Assembly (NCBI GenBank): GCA_000708835.1
Contig: DF237170.1
Location: 72,615-136,614, forward strand
From: Klebsormidium nitens
Taxonomy: Eukaryota > Plantae > Klebsormidiophyceae
Length of the DNA stretch: 64,000 nt
Reading direction: 5' to 3'
Shown: one piece after another, positions 23,480 to 35,084 of the stretch
Layout of the letters: each line of letters opens with the position of its first letter
Numbering within the stretch: position 1 is the stretch's first letter
Program-made: the position numbers and the translations under genes
Notes under the pieces: generated by a model
Told to the model about the DNA's origin: nothing
The model's input: only the letters and a program-made list of their open reading frames with translations
The model's database searches: none

Positions 23480-24847
23480 CTAGATACGGAAAGTTAACCT
23501 GATAACCTGGATTTTATTATGCTGGTTGGCTTGCGAGTTGGGGCGTGCGAGGTACTGATTGATTAAAAGATGATCAACGCGGAGGTCGCGAGAGAATAAA
23601 CGCGTTCTTGTCGAAGTTGCCGACGATAGGATAATGCACGTTCCGGTTCGTCTAGCTGCGCGCTTGCAGCAGAACGCTGCAGTTTCCGGCGCACCTTCGA
23701 GTTCCAAGGCCAATAGAGATCAGATTTGCGTCCCGGCCCTTGAATGCGATCATTGAACATCAATTGACAATCCAAGTCCAAACCGTGGTGTCGCTCATTA
23801 AGGTTTGGTAATGGACAAGAGAGGCTGACTGTATCCGTCGAAAGTTGAAATGTGACGTGTGAATCACTATTGATAAAGTGTACTTGGCGAGCCAAGTATG
23901 TGCTGCACGTACTGCATTAAATATAGGCTTGTCAATCAGCTAATGTAATTGGGTGCATGTACGGGACATGGATGTAACGTACCTACGTCATGAATTGCGG
24001 TTCCACGACGACGTGATCAAGTGCAACTTCGAGATTGCCAGGCCGACAAAAAGAACGGATCGATTATATATTGACCTTGCATGCATGCATGGAGGCTCGC
24101 TGAGACATCTTGCCTGTTATCAAAAGCTAATTCTAGTTCTTGTGATCAATAGCATGTTCAAGGTTGACCAGGGAAACTACTCTGGGACACAGACAAAATA
24201 TAGTGTTAATTTAAAAGAATTAACGTACCTAGCTAAACCCAAAAAATGGCATACCAACTCCCTGCATGCTCTGCACCCTTATGCATCTTAACCCCAAACC
24301 TTACCATGCAACCGTCCCCCGTATACAGGCTAGAGCTTACGTCATCGTCATGGCCCTTAGTCAACATCGTAGTTTACGAAGTCACTGGTATTGAATCCCG
24401 ACGTTGTTTCCGAGACGAACCGGGGCCCTTGAAATGTGCATGACATGTGTACGTGTCGCTTTGACAGCGAGAGCCACTTCAAAGTGTCGCACTTTTGCAA
24501 ATCAACTTGGGACAAAACGGTATTAGAGGGGGCCAACGATCGAGCGCACTGACTGTGTCGATGGCCACAATGACGTTCCGAGTCCAGAAGATCAAAGCGC
24601 TTGAGACAGAGCTAGTCCCCAAGCCAACTAGTTCGCAGCCTGAATCAGAACACAACCTGGGAGCAGCCCTTCTGCATCACAAAGGGGAGCCTTCTCGCTG
24701 AGGTGACGGTCGAAGAAAGAATTCTATAGTCCCAGTCAAGAATCGTTTTTCAAACTCTCTTTGGAAACGCTTGTAGCGCTAGCGTGGCGTCAAAAGGCAA
24801 TTGGTGGTCTCGGTGGGGCCGCACAGGACAAGGCGTCAGCCAAATTA

Positions 24848-26181
24848 ATGGTGACTGTACATGTAAAGAGATTTCCGGCGGAATGTCCGCGGTGCGGAAT
24901 GCCCAAGGGGGACGAACTCCCGTCAGACGAAGAAGGGGACCTTCAGGTGATTAATGACGCATGCTCAATGTTCTTGTTGCGAAATCATCAAGAAAGGATC
25001 TTCCATGTCCTGGGGACCTCGCCTTGGGCCACCGTCCATTTGGGGAGTTCATTTCGTTTTTCACTGGGTATGGTGCTTGTCTCTTTCATTGGATTGGCAC
25101 TCTCCCCTGGCTCGTGGGTGGCTCGTTGGTTCAAGGCGCAGCTGGCGTGACGAACATGCCCCTTGGACGTTTATGGTCATCCTGTCTTAAATTAATTGCC
25201 TCTTGCTTCAAAATGGCCTTGTCTCCAAGCTTGTCTAGTCGTTTAAAGGGTCAGCCGATTCTGGCAAGGAACCCCTTGCTTCTTGAGATGAAGAAACTTG
25301 CAAAGCTGAGGGCAAGAATTTGGCAGAGGTTTCTATCTCAGTTTCAAACCGTTCAGAACTTTTCGGACGTCTTGCATAGTTTTTACCCGCAATGAGTACG
25401 TTAAGATTGCATCCATTATGTTTGCTTCTCGGCCGATTGAAAAGGGCCCCTTTCTCAGATGTTTCAGACCTGGAGGGTTCGAAAAGAGCTGATTGACTTA
25501 CATAACAAAGTGCTTTGTGTCATCACTGTCTAAATAAGTTCAGATATCGTCAAGTACAAGAGGGCCTTTAACATGGAGGTTATATTTCTCCCTCTATAAT
25601 GCTGTCTAGTCGCACGCAATGAACCATTTTAGTAGATAGGTTCTTGACGCCTCTGATCCTAGCCAAGGTCACGTGAATTGGAAATGACTCAGAATCTACA
25701 TGAGGCCACCGTTTTTCCAGCTCTGTAACACAATTTCCGTGAGTGCGGCTGCGAGACCGACCACTGTAAAGCTGCTGAGAGCGCTGCTGCCATCTATGTG
25801 CAGGACTTTCCTCCTGTTCGTGAAGCGGAGTATGGAAGTGAGGACTCACACAAGATGCCCTCGCTTCGCGAAGCACGTTACGGAGAAGAGGGCAGTGAGG
25901 ACTCGGACGACTTGCCTTCTCTTCTCGAAGGGGGAAGTGAGGAGGGGAATAGCAGGGACTACGACGACTTGTCAGAACTCCCTTCCCTTGTCGAGGGAGA
26001 AGATGATAACGAGAGCATCGAAAACGGTGACCACTCACAAGAACTTCCTTCCCTTGTTGGGGAGTCGGACGAAGAATATGGCGAGGACTACGACGAGTTC
26101 CAAGGAGTGCCTCCGTTTTGCGACGGGGAAAGCGAAGACGACATGGACGAGATTGAGGTGAGCAGGCTGGAACTCCCCTGA
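24848..26181 (+). CDS. Hypothetical very acidic protein (~164 aa) with one CxxC and repeated LPSL motifs. Tentative exons 24848-24946, 25721-25738, 25804-26181
   Basis: Three phase-0 GT-AG exons give MVTVHVKRFPAECPRCGMPKGDELPSDEEGDLQ|LCNTIS|DFPP...MPSL...DDLPSLLE...SELPSLVE...QELPSLVGE.... The last exon has coding-like composition. The upstream exons are uncertain. Confidence 0.35.
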
Positions 26182-28131
26182 CTTGAAGATCAGAATTCAC
26201 AGGAAAAATTTTGCTCCTAATCAGACCTGCTTAACGGGTTCTTAGCAAGCATTCAACCTCTTTAACCCGGTGAAAGGGCTTCTAAGTTGTGCGTGACAAG
26301 GCGTGGTTAAGGTTTGACTTTCCAAGTGTTACGTGGAGCAAGTTGTGGTGAAGGAAGTGCCACGTGTCCAAGAGGAGGCTGCCAGGACATTTCGCAATGC
26401 GCGAGCTGCCGGACCCATCTTTCTAGTACCACGAGTTTGTTGCCAAGTTGCTATCCTTTCTTGATTCTGGTACGCTTGATAGTCGATCGCTTTTGACAAC
26501 GCTCATTCAGAAATCCTGCGAGCTTCGACGAAATCTAAGCTGCATATATGTATGGCCGGACACTCTTTAATTTCATCGGAGATTGCGCAGACTCTAGAGT
26601 CGAGTACATCGTGCGGAGAGGCTTTCGTGCACGTGCGATGCTGCTGTGACGGCACACCTTCAATGACGATTACTTGCGTTAAATCCGCGTGCCTGCTGTT
26701 TCTGCCAAGCTGTCTCCCTCCTTTCTAAATACTTTTCCCGAATACCTAAACTTCAGTCGGACCGCTTACAGCAGTTTGATTCCCTTTTCTGACTTGTTCC
26801 GTTATTTGTGCACAGGCGCGGAACAGCGCCCGTCTGCCCCCGCGGCCGCTCATCATGACCGAAATCGAGTGAGGAAACTCCAATCGTCCGGCGAAATTGT
26901 GACCGTCCTCTGGAGACTGGAACCCTAGAGACTCGGAGCCGCTTTTCGCCATCCCCCGGGACCCCGTGGCTTACCAAATCACCGATTACCACAACGGCCC
27001 AGGGTAATTGGGATTAGACGTGCTTGGAGTGGTGTATGTGTTGGAGGAAGGCAGATCATTTCAATGATTCAGACGGTGGCCGGTATTACCACTTCCATTG
27101 TAAATATCACCGTCGTCTTCCGACATCTCAGGGAGCAAGTGGAAACTTAGCTGGACTGGTTCACGGGTTGCATTGGAGGACGAGAAATGCACATTACCAA
27201 ACGAACGGCCGGGCGCTTAATAATCAGGGCCGTATTCCAGATCTGCATGCATGTATGACCGCACATGCCTGGCTGCATAATACTCATACCCGTCAAGCTA
27301 CATTCACGTATATGCGTACGCATTATGACTGACGCTCGATCCATGTTATACACTGTGACGGTTGCTTTCATTCGAAGCGGTTTGCGCTCCGAGCTAGTCC
27401 GAATGTATGTACAGTATGAAGGCTGATGAACTCGGAGGTACTCTTATACGGTACTAAGAGTGTATGGTCCGCACGTGACGCGTGAGCGCTGCATACCATG
27501 TAGCATTTTGGCAGACATAGTGAAGGCTCGAAAACAGCGCTTCCGCTGCGCCGCACCGTTGTTTGAATTGAGTGACACAGCGCGCCTCGCGATTCAAGCT
27601 GCCAGTAACGCGCACCTCTGCACGTACTACAAGCTGAATCACCATGAGCGTCTCAATTGGCATGTGCAGGGAAGAGTGCTCGAACGAAGTTCCTCTTGCC
27701 TATACTTTCGATAACGATTGCAAACCCTGAGTCATCATGCATGGCCACCCTTCTTTCACACATCCTGATTAAAGGGCTTGCCGCAGAGTCAATTGTCACC
27801 GGGCACTGCAGAACAATGCACGTTTCCATTGTCCGAGTGAGTCAATCTCGTCTCATGCAGTATGCTTGACAGCTGACCCAGCGTGCCTTAAATGATAATA
27901 AGCATCTTCAATCTACTGCATGTCCTACCTTGCCTCAAGGAGCCGCTGCTACTCAAGTGCTGAGGCTGCCATCATTTCCGTTGGTGTCGACGTGTACAAG
28001 CGTACCCGCCGCCTTTATATGGAACACGCAGCCAAGTCTTTGTTTCTCGGAAGACTCGTCTGCCTCCGACCCTGCAACAGAGACTCAAGTATGTTCCTGC
28101 TCGCGAATTAGCCTCCCCGCTCTAATCACTT

Positions 28132-31079
28132 TCAATGGCTAGACTCATCCGCAGCAATATTTACCAATTTTGGCCTCCCGCTCTTCGTATCCACCTCCAC
28201 CCGATATCCCATCGCCTCCGTTTCTGCCGTGTTCGCGCCCCCCCGGACCTCCAACCCCGCAATCTCATTCTGATTCCGTTCGTTTCCCTCGCACAGATTC
28301 CGCACGGCGAACAGCGCCCACTCGCGCAGGTACGGACTCGACTCGTCCACTACGCACTGCTGCAAAACGAGGAGCAGCCCCCCCCCCACCCGCACTGCGT
28401 TTTGGACCCGGGGGTTCCGGTGCGCGGCGTTCGCAAGAACGGCTACGACGTCCCGTCGGTATCCTAGGTACGGACTGTGGTTTGGAAACTGCCCAGGAAC
28501 GCTAGAGGAACTCGGCCCCGGCTTGCTCTCCGCAACTGGGGGTGCTTGACCTGACTCACCCGCAGTTTCGCCGACCCCCCTGGACAACGATGTTATGGTT
28601 TCGCCACTAGGCTGTCTTGGATCCGCTGCGATGCTTCCGCTCCGTGCCGTTTCCGAGCTCTCCCCGCTCTCGTTCGACTCGCTCTGGGCCTCCGATTCGC
28701 TCGCAGTCCCTTTTACCCGAAGCCTCTCGGGGAGGCCCAAAGCCCGCAGCAGATCCAACAGAAGCTGCACGAATCCCCCCCCCAAAAGCGCCGACATTGC
28801 ATCCGCCCCAAGCTCGACAACCCGAGCGGCACAAACCGAGGACAGCAGGCGGAGCGACAAGGCCAGAACGTCGATCGCGGGGTGCCCGGTTGGAATGGCC
28901 GGAGGAAGCGGGCACCAGCTTGGGGGAGTGCTTTTTCCGCTTGCCGCGGCGCTCGTCCGACCACTCGTGTCGCCGGATCTGCTTTGGGACGTTTCTGCAT
29001 GCTCTGGTTCGGGAGTTCCGTTTCTACTGCTAGCAGGGGCGGGGCTATCGCCGTGTTGAAGATGAGTTTCACGGACGAAGTTTCCGTTCGCCGAGCGGGA
29101 CGGAGAAGGGGCAAGCTGCTCTGCAATGTGGTTGGCGGCGCCCTTGACGAGCCCAAGAAGAGAGACGGCGGAGGAAGGCGGGAAGAGGAAGGGCGAGGAC
29201 TCGTGTGCATCTGCAATGAGAAAGGCAGCGGGCGTGTTTGAAAAACGAGACCATTCACTCAGACGGATTAAAGAGAAGGGTGCTCGAGGAGATTCGAAAC
29301 AAGTCGAAAATATTGCGTAAAAGCAGATGGGATAGCCCACACTTCCGAATCCGTGAACGCGTCACTTTATACGTCGTTCTCATAGCATCTCAAGTGGCAA
29401 TTTTCAATCTACAACACCAGGAAGAGAGACAAGAGTAAGAAAGGAAACCTCTGACGAATCAGTCAAACTTTCGTTGTATTCACAGCTTTCTCATAGTGGG
29501 CTTATCCAAACGACACTGACAGAAAGGGAGACAATCCTTCAGTTAGGGAACATTGATCAGCAACTCTGTGCAAACGAAGAGTGACTGACGATTGTGTGTC
29601 GCAGCCTGTCAAGGGAGACCGGCAGAAAATTTGAGCGGGGGTCCGCAATCATACTCATAACATGAACGCACAGTCTTTCAAGTGAAACAACTGAAAACTT
29701 CGCCAAAATCCCAACAATTGTGAGCCAGAACATGCTCTTTGTCCAAACAACTTCGAAACACTCTTCGAAACAGCATATTCATTGTCACTGGCCCTTATCA
29801 CTAGTGCGGGACACAAAGAAACACACAGCTCACCTGTCCTCATGCTCAGTGCTTGCAAACAAACACTCAGAAGCGCCGCTTGCTCCTCAGTAAAGCCTTG
29901 CTTAGCTTCGCTGACTTCATCTTCAAGGCTCAGCTCCTTCACACCGGTGTCACACCCGGTGTCCTGCTGTTCTGAGCCGCTGTTTGACACCGCTGTGAAC
30001 ACTTTTGACATGAGTGGATGCTGCAGGCACAACAGGTCTACTAGAATCTGGAGCCACTCGCCACCCCCAAAACGAGGCGCCTCCGACCCGGGTTCGGTCC
30101 TTTCCCCGTTTGAACGGGCTGAGGAGGCTGTAGGGGGCTCGTTCGCAGTGAACGAATTTCCGGATAGGGAGGCAGGAAGTTGGCTGAAGGAGAGATCTTC
30201 GTCGCTTGTGGGCACTGATACGGAGGCTGGAGTAAGGAGAGTGTCTCCTGAAGTTTCTTGAGTGGCAGTGCAGGCAGAATGCCCATTCGGGAGGGACGTC
30301 GACGGCCCCCTCCGCTCCCCCCTTTGTACTTTATCCGCCTTCGAGGTTTCTAGTCCCAACTGCTGATCCCTACGAGCGGCTGCGAACAACGAGCGGAGCA
30401 AAGGGGGATCTCCACAGAGCTCAGCCCGTCGCAACTCGGACTCACGACAGCACCGGAAGAGCAGCATGCACAGCGGCCCCTGTATCTCCTCCACCGGACA
30501 CTTGGACAGCTGGCGGAACGCGTCCGGACAGCAGGCCGTCCAAATGGCAGACTGATGCCGCTCGCCGCCCCCCGCAACATTCCCCAGCGTCTGAATGGCC
30601 GCTCGAACAACGTCGATGGAGTCCGTATCAGACCACGACAGGTGTCCGAAAGCTAGCGACAGCTGTGCAAGCCTCTGGACGCCTCCGTCCAGAAAAGCGT
30701 CCTGGTTCGCTCTCTCCCCAGCACAGAGGTTGCGCAAAACTCTGAGCAGCAGCATCAGTGGCCTCAGCACGAAGCCACCCACAGCATCATCCCTCGACTT
30801 CCCAGACTCCTGGCTAGAACCTGAGTTAGAACCCTGGTCTCCTTCGTCATTCCATAAGTTTCTCAGCTTGGGAGAATGGCTTCCCAGCAAAGGCACCAGC
30901 TTCAGCAGCCTGCTCACCGCCCCATGCGCCGCCAGAGCCTGCCGCCCCTCTGCTGACTTTGTCCTTGCCAGCAGGTTGTCCAATGCTTCCTCCAGCAGCA
31001 GCAGGCACGCGGGGTCTGCAGCAGCAAAGCTGGCGGCCAAGCTCTCCAGCCGTGAGAGCAATGCTGCGTCCTGCGCCAT
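28132..31079 (-). CDS. ATXN10: Ataxin-10 (ARM-repeat) protein, 774 aa. Exons 31079-29834, 29210-28132
   Basis: N-terminal LLRVLRNLCAGERANQDAF and IQTLGNVAGGGERHQSAIW. The C-terminal ataxin-10 domain reads YRRDVVAVLANAAHRNPRVQNAVR...LQQCVVDESSPYLREWALFAVRNLCEGNERNQ. The phase-1 intron is consistent. Confidence 0.9.
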
Positions 31080-32621
31080 GTCTGCGCGCTGCTGGCGACT
31101 GTTGTGCGGACTGGGCCGTCCAGGTGGTCAAGCATGGGCGGCCGACCCCATGCTCAATCAGGTCGATAATGGTTGATGCTGAACTTGGAGGAAATTTAGA
31201 TAGTGGATTTTGGGAAGAAGCTCGGTTCTGGTCGCAATCAGCCGACAAAACGGGTGGGGTCAATTTTAGAATTCAGCGATTGGTCAACTGGTCGGCAACG
31301 ATCACCTTGAAAGCAGAGTCTGTGGACAGGTTCCGCGCGCTCCCGTTCTAGTTGCCTGCTCGGCGTTTTGCTTGTCCATTCAGAGTCCTTCAGAAACATA
31401 TGCATGGCTGTCGGTGCAGGAGCATGCATGTCAACTGAGGCGCTAGGGGTTCTCTTCAGCCGCTAGAGTTGCAATGCTTACATGTTTGAGCCGCAGTGCT
31501 CTTTGGCACAATTGTGCGGCGGTGGCATTGCTGGCAAGAGACGTTAGGTGCACATTAGGTGCACATTGAAATTTGAGACCTTGTAGTGGTTGAGAAGGAG
31601 CCCCTCCAGATGACGCTGGGAAAGGAGGCCTTGCTGCAGGTCTAGCTATCAATGTGACGTATGCTGCTTCGTACAAAGTGAGTCTCTTGCACCAACGGCA
31701 TTTGTAGGCTTGGTTCGGGCTGTTTGCTGGCCCGGGAGCTTCTCTGATTCCCCTTTAATTCATCATAGAGTGAAGCCTCGCTACTATTGACCAGCGTGTG
31801 AACGGAAGCTCTTTAGAACTTGCTGTTATATCCTCTGAAGAGACTTGTTGGAGTCATTTTCCTTGGAAATGCATCACAAAGTATGGGGGGAAAAGTCCAA
31901 AAACTGAGAAATACATTTGTCTTCCTAGGCAACAAACAAATGTACACAAAAAGCAAAGCTGTAATGCATGCTCTGTACGGGCATCATCCACCAGGACTGT
32001 TTTTCCTAATGAATTGGTAGAAATCGAACGACACGTTCCAAGTGAGATCGATCCCAGCAGATTTGAACTGGCTACTTTGCATTAGAACGGTTTTGTTTGT
32101 CTTCTAGTCCAGCTGCTCTTTACTGATCTCTAGCTGATCAAAGAGAAGTACATCAGGCAAACTGACAATCCATCTTGGCAGAAGGATAGTTCAATCGAAG
32201 GCACTCAACAACTCAGATGCACTAAACACCCCGCGGCAAATTGTCCTGCTTGACCTTGTCCCTCTCAAGTGTTGTAGCCGCTCTCTTTTCTAGACGTTGT
32301 CAGCTCCCCTATTCAACAACTGTCCGTACATTTTCTGAAACTCTAAAGTTCATAACTGGTCTGAATAAGTGACTGTAAGCTCAGAAACAGTCTGAGTCAA
32401 TGGTATGGCTGCTTTTGATGGCCTTACAAACACAACTGCAGCTGTCTATGAATCGCTTTTCTGCGACCTGACGCTGTTGCTCTCCTTTGTCCAGGACTTT
32501 CCCGAAAGCGCTTCGGACCGGTCGCGCTTCTGCCATCGTACACAACATTGCCGAGAGACTTCGGAACCCAAGTTATTCGCAGTTTGCAAGGCGAAAAGTG
32601 GTTCCAACGCAGCGATTCAGC

Positions 32622-34058
32622 ATGCCAGCTGGCGGGAGGGGCAGAGGGGGAAGTCAGGAGGAGGAGGCACTTCACCGAATTGTGCGAGACGTGAGTGGCG
32701 TCAGCGGGGCGCACGGTACGGCAAAGAAGAAAAGAGCGGTCAGTGCAAGAGACGGAGCAAGCGACACCGGAGCTGGAAGTCTGAGCGAGGGTGTAGAGAC
32801 GGCTCAAAGAGATATTCAAGAAGCGGTGAAGCAGGAACACTGGTCTGGGGACGGAACGGACTTGGCTTCAGAGGAAGTGGGGATCGCTGGTGAGCGTAGG
32901 ATGAGCGCTGAAGGGGGGAGGGAACAAGAGGCTGACGTTGAGATGGGGAATGAGGCTGGGGACGGAAAGGGAGAGTCGAGTAAGGGAAACGAGGACTTAG
33001 ACTCAGAGGAGGAAGCCGAAGCAAAGGCGGCTGTGGCAAAGTCGAACTTGTTGGAGTCGTTCCGGTTTGAGGGCGCAGCGAAACGGAGGAAAGGGGAGAA
33101 GCCGGCCGCTGAGCATCGGAAAGAACACAAGCGGAAAGACGAACCCGTGGTCAAGCTCGAAAACGCGCCAACAATGAGCGGTTCTGCAAATCCTGCTATC
33201 GAGTCAGCATTCGAGGGAGGAAAAGAAGACGAGATGCGCTTCTTCAGGCAGCTGTTGAAGCAACGCCTGCCGCCCCCAGTGCAACCGTTCGGAGCGGAAG
33301 GGGGAACTCTGTACGTGGGCACTTCGGGATGGGACTACAAAGACTGGAAGGGCCCGGTTTACCCCGAGAAGCTGAGCAAAAAGGACTGGTTCTCGCACTA
33401 CTGCTCGGTGTTTAGCACCGTCGAAGTCAACAACACGTTCTACCGGTTGCCGGCGCCCGAGGTGTTTGCGGCATGGGGCCAGCAGGCGCCTGAGGGGTTC
33501 ACTTACGCGCTCAAGTTCAGTCGGTTCGGAAGTCACATGAAGAAGCTGACGGACCCCCAAGGAACGGTCGGGCTTTTCGTGGAGCGCGCTTCGCATTTGG
33601 GGGGGTCGCTCGCAGGGCCCGTGCTGGTGCAGCTGCCCCCCCGCTTCAGCGCAAACGCACCCCGGCTGGACGCGTTTCTGAGCGAGGTCCCCCGGGGGGC
33701 GCGGTGGGCGGTCGAGATGAGGGATCCCTCTTGGCTGTGCGAGGACGTGTACGCGGTGCTGAGGCGCCACAACGCCGCGCTGTGCATTCACGACCACGAG
33801 GATACAGTTCGGGGGGGTCCGCACCCCAAGGTTCTCACTGCAGACTGGTCGTACGTTAGGTATCATGGGCCCGGGGGGAATTACCGGGGGGGTTACGATA
33901 GGGAGTTCCTAGCGGGTCAGGCCGAGTGGATTCGGGGCTTGCTGTCGGAGGGCAAGGATGTCTATGCGTACTTCAACAATGACGTCGCGGGGCACGCATT
34001 CTTTGATGCGCAAGAGCTTAGATCCGGGGTGCAAGGAAAGACGTTAGAGCCTAGGTAA
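32622..34058 (+). CDS. DUF72 (YecE-like TIM barrel) protein with a charged N-terminal extension; intronless, 478 aa
   Basis: LYVGTSGWDYKDWKGPVYP, VEVNNTFYRLP, LVQLPPRF, AVEMRDPSW, YVRYHG and VYAYFNNDVAGHAFFDA are hallmark DUF72 motifs. The first in-frame ATG is at 32622. Confidence 0.9.
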   Translation: MPAGGRGRGGSQEEEALHRIVRDVSGVSGAHGTAKKKRAVSARDGASDTGAGSLSEGVETAQRDIQEAVKQEHWSGDGTDLASEEVGIAGERRMSAEGGREQEADVEMGNEAGDGKGESSKGNEDLDSEEEAEAKAAVAKSNLLESFRFEGAAKRRKGEKPAAEHRKEHKRKDEPVVKLENAPTMSGSANPAIESAFEGGKEDEMRFFRQLLKQRLPPPVQPFGAEGGTLYVGTSGWDYKDWKGPVYPEKLSKKDWFSHYCSVFSTVEVNNTFYRLPAPEVFAAWGQQAPEGFTYALKFSRFGSHMKKLTDPQGTVGLFVERASHLGGSLAGPVLVQLPPRFSANAPRLDAFLSEVPRGARWAVEMRDPSWLCEDVYAVLRRHNAALCIHDHEDTVRGGPHPKVLTADWSYVRYHGPGGNYRGGYDREFLAGQAEWIRGLLSEGKDVYAYFNNDVAGHAFFDAQELRSGVQGKTLEPR

Positions 34059-35084
34059 ACATGACCAGGACTGCTTGATATACGTTGGCGTGGAAGAGAC
34101 AGCAATCATGCAGTCCTGATCTTTGAGATGGGGCCTGAACTGATCAGATGACGTGTGTACGTATACATAATGCAGCACAGGTTCGATCCTGCCGGGCTCA
34201 GACGTTCCGGAAGGCTTGTGTTGTCCTTTGATTGTTTGTGGACGTTAAAATCGCGGTCAGGCCCCTTGCATTTGACGCTTCAATGTAGTGTACAGAGCAA
34301 TATTGCAGTGACCTTCTAATCAGTTGATTTATAGAATTATGCACTTTAACATTCTGTCAGGGGCGCTGACAAATATTGATCCTCAGTCACAATTTCAGCA
34401 TGCATATATAGTCAGTGCTAGATTGGCTTCATATTCCGGCCATATTGGTCCGAACACGGAGCTCATGCATCTGTACAGTCTCTGCATGGCTGGGCGGCGC
34501 AAACACGGCCCTTTTACGCGGTAGACCCTTGCCCGCATTCTCGCTGGCGATATGCTTACTGCTAACATGATTGCAATGACTAGGACCAATTGGCCGACCA
34601 ATCACGTTCTACTGTAGTCGATTGAGCTAGGAGCGCTGCGTGTACGGCTCCTTTCAATCGATCGACCGTTCAATCTGCTTCGAGGTCTTCAAAATTGCGA
34701 ACCGTTCTGTTCGATCCTTAAGATTTATGTATTCAGGTCAGAAAAGCATGCGTGCCGCCCAGCGGTTTTGATCACCCAAATAAGCAGACATGTCTCGAAC
34801 AACCTTAAGCAGGCCCCAACAGGTGGACTTCAGAGGTTTCACTTTAGTGCTGCAGAGTTTTAGTTGCTGGTGCACCAAATCTCGGCTACGATGTGGAACT
34901 TACGAGGTGTATCAAGGACTGCGGTAAGTATCACAACTTTCAATGCGAGTGCCCAAGGTAAGTAATGGGAATTGAACGGCTGTCACAGGCACAAGCTGGT
35001 GTAATGGTCATCCAAACGGCCAATCTATCGTCTCCATTTGAGCAGCACTATGCGTCGACAACCGATCGCGTACGTGATTTTGAC

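Noticed and set aside
15994-34058. Bacterial contamination or a prokaryotic contig, suggested by MurJ and DUF72
   Set aside because: MurJ has 11 canonical spliceosomal introns and a transit-like extension. Both genes sit between eukaryote-specific genes (RRP8, ATXN10), and there is no operon structure.
34176-34200. tRNA T-arm-like CAGGTTCGATCCTG
   Set aside because: Only a 4-bp stem. No D-arm/A-box, anticodon arm or acceptor stem at the right spacing.
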